The notes beneath the pieces are model-generated. The model did not search any database, was not told the origin of the DNA, and saw only the letters and a list, made by a program, of their open reading frames with translations. The position numbers and the translations under genes are program-made. 64,000 nucleotides of DNA, from NCBI GenBank assembly GCA_963716255.1, contig OY970303.1, positions 7,872,001 through 7,936,000 of the forward strand, read 5' to 3'. Of this stretch, positions 60,647 to 64,000 are shown in pieces (position 1 is the stretch's first letter; each line of letters starts with the position of its first letter). This stretch comes from an uncultured Gemmatimonadales bacterium. GTDB taxonomy: Bacteria; Gemmatimonadota; Gemmatimonadetes; Longimicrobiales; Longimicrobiaceae.

Positions 60647-63403
60647 ATGCCCCGACGCTCCACCCCGCCCGCGCCCCGCGCCCCCGCCCCCGGCGAGGGC
60701 GCCATCCTGCACTTCGCCCGCCTGGCCGCCCAGGCGCTGCGGTCCCCCATCGCCGTCCTGTACGCGGGGGCGCCCGACGCGCCGCGGGTGGCCTCGTTCG
60801 GCGCGCCGGCCGCGTGGAAGCCGGGGTGGGAGACCGCCCTCGGCGAGCGCCTCCTCCGCCGCATGTCCGGGACGGACGCCCTCGCCGCCGCGCAGCTGCG
60901 CGCCGGCCCCCGCTTTCCCGGCGCGGGCGGGTACGCCGCCGTCCGCGTGGGCGCGCCCGGGGCGGCCCCGGCGCTGCTCGCGGTGCTGGACACCCGGCCG
61001 CGCGCCTGGGACCCGGCCGAGATGGAGCTGCTCCGCGAGGTCGCGGCCGCCGCGGGCGCGGCGCTCGGCGCCGCCGGGGGCGGGGAAGCGGACGGGCCCG
61101 CGTCCGCGCTGCGCTGGCGCTACCACTGGCTGGCGGGGGGCGCCGGGGGATCCGTGCTCCTCCCCGGCGAGCCCGCGGGCGGGACCAGCGCCATCCCGCC
61201 CTGGGACGACGCTCCCGCCGCCGCCACCGCCGCCGCCGCCGGCGGGGAGGAGGCCGCCGCCGCGGGGCTCCGGGTGCGGTACGCGGCCGCCGCCGCCGCG
61301 CTGGAGGGCGCCACGGTGGAGGACGCCTTCCGCCAGGCGCTCGCCGGGGTGTGCGAGCACGCCGGGTGGCCCGCCGGCCGCGCGCTGCTCCGCGGCGCGC
61401 CGGGGGGCGTCCCCGACGAGGTCTGGCACCTCGCCGGAGGGGGCGCTCCCGCGGGCGCGCCCCGCCCGCCGCTCGACGGCGGGCTCGCGGAGCGGGCGCG
61501 CCGCACCGGCGAGCCCGCCTGGGCGCGCGAGGCCGAGGCGGCCCTCCCCGCGCTCCTCTGGGCGCTGGGCGCGCGCGGCGCGCTCGCCCTCCCGGTGTAC
61601 GCCGGGGGCGCGGTGGCCGCCGTGCTGGAGCTCTTTCCCGCCGAGCCCCACCCCCCCGAGCCCTGGCTCGCCGACGCGCTGGAGGACGCCGCCGGGCACC
61701 TGGGGCGCCGCCTGGAGCGCGAGGCGCGGGACGAGGCGCTGCGCCGCGACAGCGAGCACTCGCGCGCGCTGGTGGAGCGCGCCGGGGCCATCGTCTGGGA
61801 AGCCGACCCGGCCACGCTCCGCTACCTGTTCGTGAGCAGCGGCGCCGAGCGGCTCCTGGGGTGGCCGGCGGAGCGCTGGACCGGCGACCCCGAGTTCCGG
61901 GCGCGCCACCTGCACCCCGCCGACCGGGAGTGGGTGGTGGCGCAGTGCCGCGACGCCGTCGCCCGCGGCGAGCCCCACGACCTGGAGTACCGCATGGTCG
62001 CCGCCGACGGCCGGACCGTGTGGGTGCGCGACATCGTGGGGCCGCGGCAGGACGGCAGGATCGTGGGGGTGATGGTGGACGCCACCGACCGCCGCGCCGC
62101 CGACCGCGACCGCGAGCACCTGCTCCTGGCCGAGCAGGAGGCGCGCGCCCGCGCCGAGCGCGCCGAGCGCCGCTCCGCCGTGCTGGCCTACGCCAGCGAG
62201 CTGCTGCACAGCGCCTTCGACGATTCCCGCGAGGACCTGCGCGCCACCCTGTCCAGCCTGGCGACGCTCGCCGTCCCCACGCTGGCCGACTACTGCCGCA
62301 TCGACGAGGTGGACGCCGACGGCTCGCTGGCGCGCCTCGCCCTGGTGCACGGCGGCGGGCGGGAGGAAGCGGGCGCCGACGCCTTCGCCCCCGACGCCCC
62401 CGCGGCGCGGCACCCGGCGCTCCGCGTCGCGCGCACCGGCGAGACCGTGTTCCTCCCCGAGGCCGGCCGCGCCGAGCTGCGCGACCTGTTCGCCGACCCG
62501 GCCGAGCTCCGCGCCCTTCCCACGCGGCTCCGCTCGCTGCTGGTGGTGCCGCTGGCCGCGCGCGGCCGCGTCTTCGGCGCGCTGACGATGGCCACCTCCG
62601 GCTCGCGCCGCCGCTACGGGCACGACGACCTGCACTTCGCCGAGGACCTGGCGCGCCGCATCGCGCTCGCCCTGGACAACGTGCGGCTGTACCGCGACGC
62701 CGAGGCCGCCGTGCGCCTCCGCGACGAGGTGGTGGCCATCGTCTCGCACGACCTGCGCAACCCGCTGGGCGTGGTCACCTTCAGCTCCGACGTGCTGCTG
62801 CGCTCCTGGGACGGGAACCCGGGGCGCGCCCGCGACCGCCGCCAACTGGAGGGGATCTCCCAGGCCGCCGAGCGCATGCGGCGGCTGATCCTGGACCTGC
62901 TGGACGTGGCGCGGGTGGATGCCGGCAGCCTCCCGGTGGAGCCCGTCCCGTGCCCCGCCGGCCCGCTGGCGGCCCACGCCCTGGAGCTGGACGCCGCCCT
63001 CGCCGAGGAGCGCGGGGTCACCGTGCGCTCCCTGGTCCCCGACGACGCCCCCCTGGTCCTCGCCGACCGCGAGCGCATCCTCCAGGTCATTTCCAACCTC
63101 CTGGGGAACGCCGTCCGCTTCACCCCGCCCGGCGGCGCCATCACGCTCCACGCCGACACATGCGAGCGCGAGGTCCGCTTCGCCCTGGCGGACGCGGGCC
63201 CCGGCATCCCCCCGGACGACCTCCCCCACGTCTTCGACCGCTTCTGGCGCGGCCAGCGCTCCGCGCGCAGCGGCGCCGGCCTGGGGCTGGCGATCGCGCG
63301 GGGGATCGTGGAGGCCCACGGCGGCCGGATCTGGGCGGAAAGCGTGCTCGGGGAAGGGAGCACCTTCTACTTCACGCTCCCGCGGGCGGACGCGGGAAGG
63401 TGA
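60647..63403 (+). CDS. GAF-GAF-PAS-GAF sensor histidine kinase
   Basis: PAS (IVWEAD...FVSSGAERLLGW...LHPADRE...EYRMVAADGRTVWVRD), VSHDLRNPL, NLLGNAVRFT and GAGLGLAI. The C-terminal half is paralogous to 34198-35928. Confidence 0.9.
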   Translation: MPRRSTPPAPRAPAPGEGAILHFARLAAQALRSPIAVLYAGAPDAPRVASFGAPAAWKPGWETALGERLLRRMSGTDALAAAQLRAGPRFPGAGGYAAVRVGAPGAAPALLAVLDTRPRAWDPAEMELLREVAAAAGAALGAAGGGEADGPASALRWRYHWLAGGAGGSVLLPGEPAGGTSAIPPWDDAPAAATAAAAGGEEAAAAGLRVRYAAAAAALEGATVEDAFRQALAGVCEHAGWPAGRALLRGAPGGVPDEVWHLAGGGAPAGAPRPPLDGGLAERARRTGEPAWAREAEAALPALLWALGARGALALPVYAGGAVAAVLELFPAEPHPPEPWLADALEDAAGHLGRRLEREARDEALRRDSEHSRALVERAGAIVWEADPATLRYLFVSSGAERLLGWPAERWTGDPEFRARHLHPADREWVVAQCRDAVARGEPHDLEYRMVAADGRTVWVRDIVGPRQDGRIVGVMVDATDRRAADRDREHLLLAEQEARARAERAERRSAVLAYASELLHSAFDDSREDLRATLSSLATLAVPTLADYCRIDEVDADGSLARLALVHGGGREEAGADAFAPDAPAARHPALRVARTGETVFLPEAGRAELRDLFADPAELRALPTRLRSLLVVPLAARGRVFGALTMATSGSRRRYGHDDLHFAEDLARRIALALDNVRLYRDAEAAVRLRDEVVAIVSHDLRNPLGVVTFSSDVLLRSWDGNPGRARDRRQLEGISQAAERMRRLILDLLDVARVDAGSLPVEPVPCPAGPLAAHALELDAALAEERGVTVRSLVPDDAPLVLADRERILQVISNLLGNAVRFTPPGGAITLHADTCEREVRFALADAGPGIPPDDLPHVFDRFWRGQRSARSGAGLGLAIARGIVEAHGGRIWAESVLGEGSTFYFTLPRADAGR

Positions 63404-63486
63404 AGCGCGAAAGCGCGAAAGTGCGGGACTGGAACGGCAGTACGCAGCACGCTGAAACGCGCCTCCGCCGGGACTCCCGGCGGGGG

Positions 63487-63697
63487 CGTGTCGTTCTCCC
63501 CCTCTCCCGCTTGCGGGGGAGGGGGCCGGGGGGAGGGGGCCGCCGCGGACGCCAGCGCGATGCCCGCGTGAGGGATTTCGGCCCGAAGGGGCGAGACCCG
63601 CGGGCAGTTTCGCGGGGCTCGACTCCGTTAGGCAGCGTTGTTTGCTGCCTTACGGAGCCGAAGCCCGACCCCGGCGCCCGCCGGGGGCACGCCCGCC
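63487..63697 (-). repeat. Structured intergenic element, copy 8, with a flanking CCCCTCTCCCGCTTGCGGGGGAGGGG hairpin
   Basis: Core stem AGGCAGC gttgttt GCTGCCT (63630-63650). Confidence 0.9.
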
Positions 63698-63891
63698 CCA
63701 CAACTGCTTCCCCTTTCGTGCGCCTCCCTGTCTAATCCATCCCGCATAACAAGCGACACCCCTTGTCGGAAATCCGCCTGGTTAATATCGTTCACTGCTG
63801 GAAGGCGCGACACCGGAGAGGCCCTCCGGGTCGGCCGACCGCCGCTTCCCGAACACCGGGCGCGGCCCTCCAACCCACGCGCCACCCGGGC

Positions 63892-64000
63892 ATGCAACAG
63901 GGCATCGGCCACACCATCCTCCTGGGGGGCGTCGGCGGCGACTCCCACTCCGTGGGGCTCACCATCCTCCGCCAGGCCCTCGGCAAGAACGGCTACCGCG
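63892..64000 (+). CDS. Cobalamin-binding protein, glutamate/methylaspartate mutase S-subunit-like (runs off the window)
   Basis: MQQGIGHTILLGGVGGDSHSVGLTILRQALGKNGYR, with the base-off/His-on DxHxxG motif. Missing from the ORF track because it is truncated. Confidence 0.75.
   Translation, partial: MQQGIGHTILLGGVGGDSHSVGLTILRQALGKNGYR

Noticed and set aside
33344..63697. Structured element as a CRISPR array, tRNA, hammerhead or HDV ribozyme, or IS
   Set aside because: Copies are dispersed rather than regularly spaced. I saw no cloverleaf or T-loop, no CUGAnGA hammerhead core, no transposase and no clear target-site duplications. An Rfam search is still needed.
63760..63830. Possible cobalamin riboswitch (GAAATCC, CACTG, GGAAGG fragments) upstream of the B12-binding gene
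   Set aside because: Other conserved elements (GGGAA...GGTG, CCCGCnACTGT) are not evident and the spacing is too short.

Overview
This is very GC-rich bacterial DNA. The PadR/ADOP permease pair, the NRPS style and the repeat types suggest a Gemmatimonadota (Longimicrobium-like) or similar soil bacterium; that assignment is inference only. Positions 1-33316 hold two giant co-oriented NRPS genes: the 3' part of NRPS-1 with 4 modules, and the complete 6932-aa NRPS-2 with 6 modules. They include two N-methyltransferase modules but no epimerase and no terminal thioesterase or reductase. Positions 33.5-64 kb are accessory genes: four orphan sensor kinases, a PAS/degenerate-GGDEF protein, a DAG-kinase-like protein, an AlkD-like repair protein, PadR plus ADOP permease, SnoaL-like, PaaI, a frameshifted Zn-protease, a ClC channel, MarR plus a VOC dioxygenase, DUF192, and the start of a B12-binding mutase subunit. 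Three things stand out. (1) A compact three-gene RiPP locus: a double-glycine precursor with two NxxC motifs, a radical SAM/SPASM enzyme and an unknown 397-aa protein. (2) A dispersed ~155-nt intergenic element (7 full copies plus 1 truncated) whose stems show fully compensatory sequence changes around conserved loops, consistent with a structured RNA or ssDNA element. (3) Palindromic flanking modules of the same repeat family inserted in-frame at one loop in 8 of the 9 complete NRPS adenylation domains. All calls were made by eye from motifs; no database searches were run.
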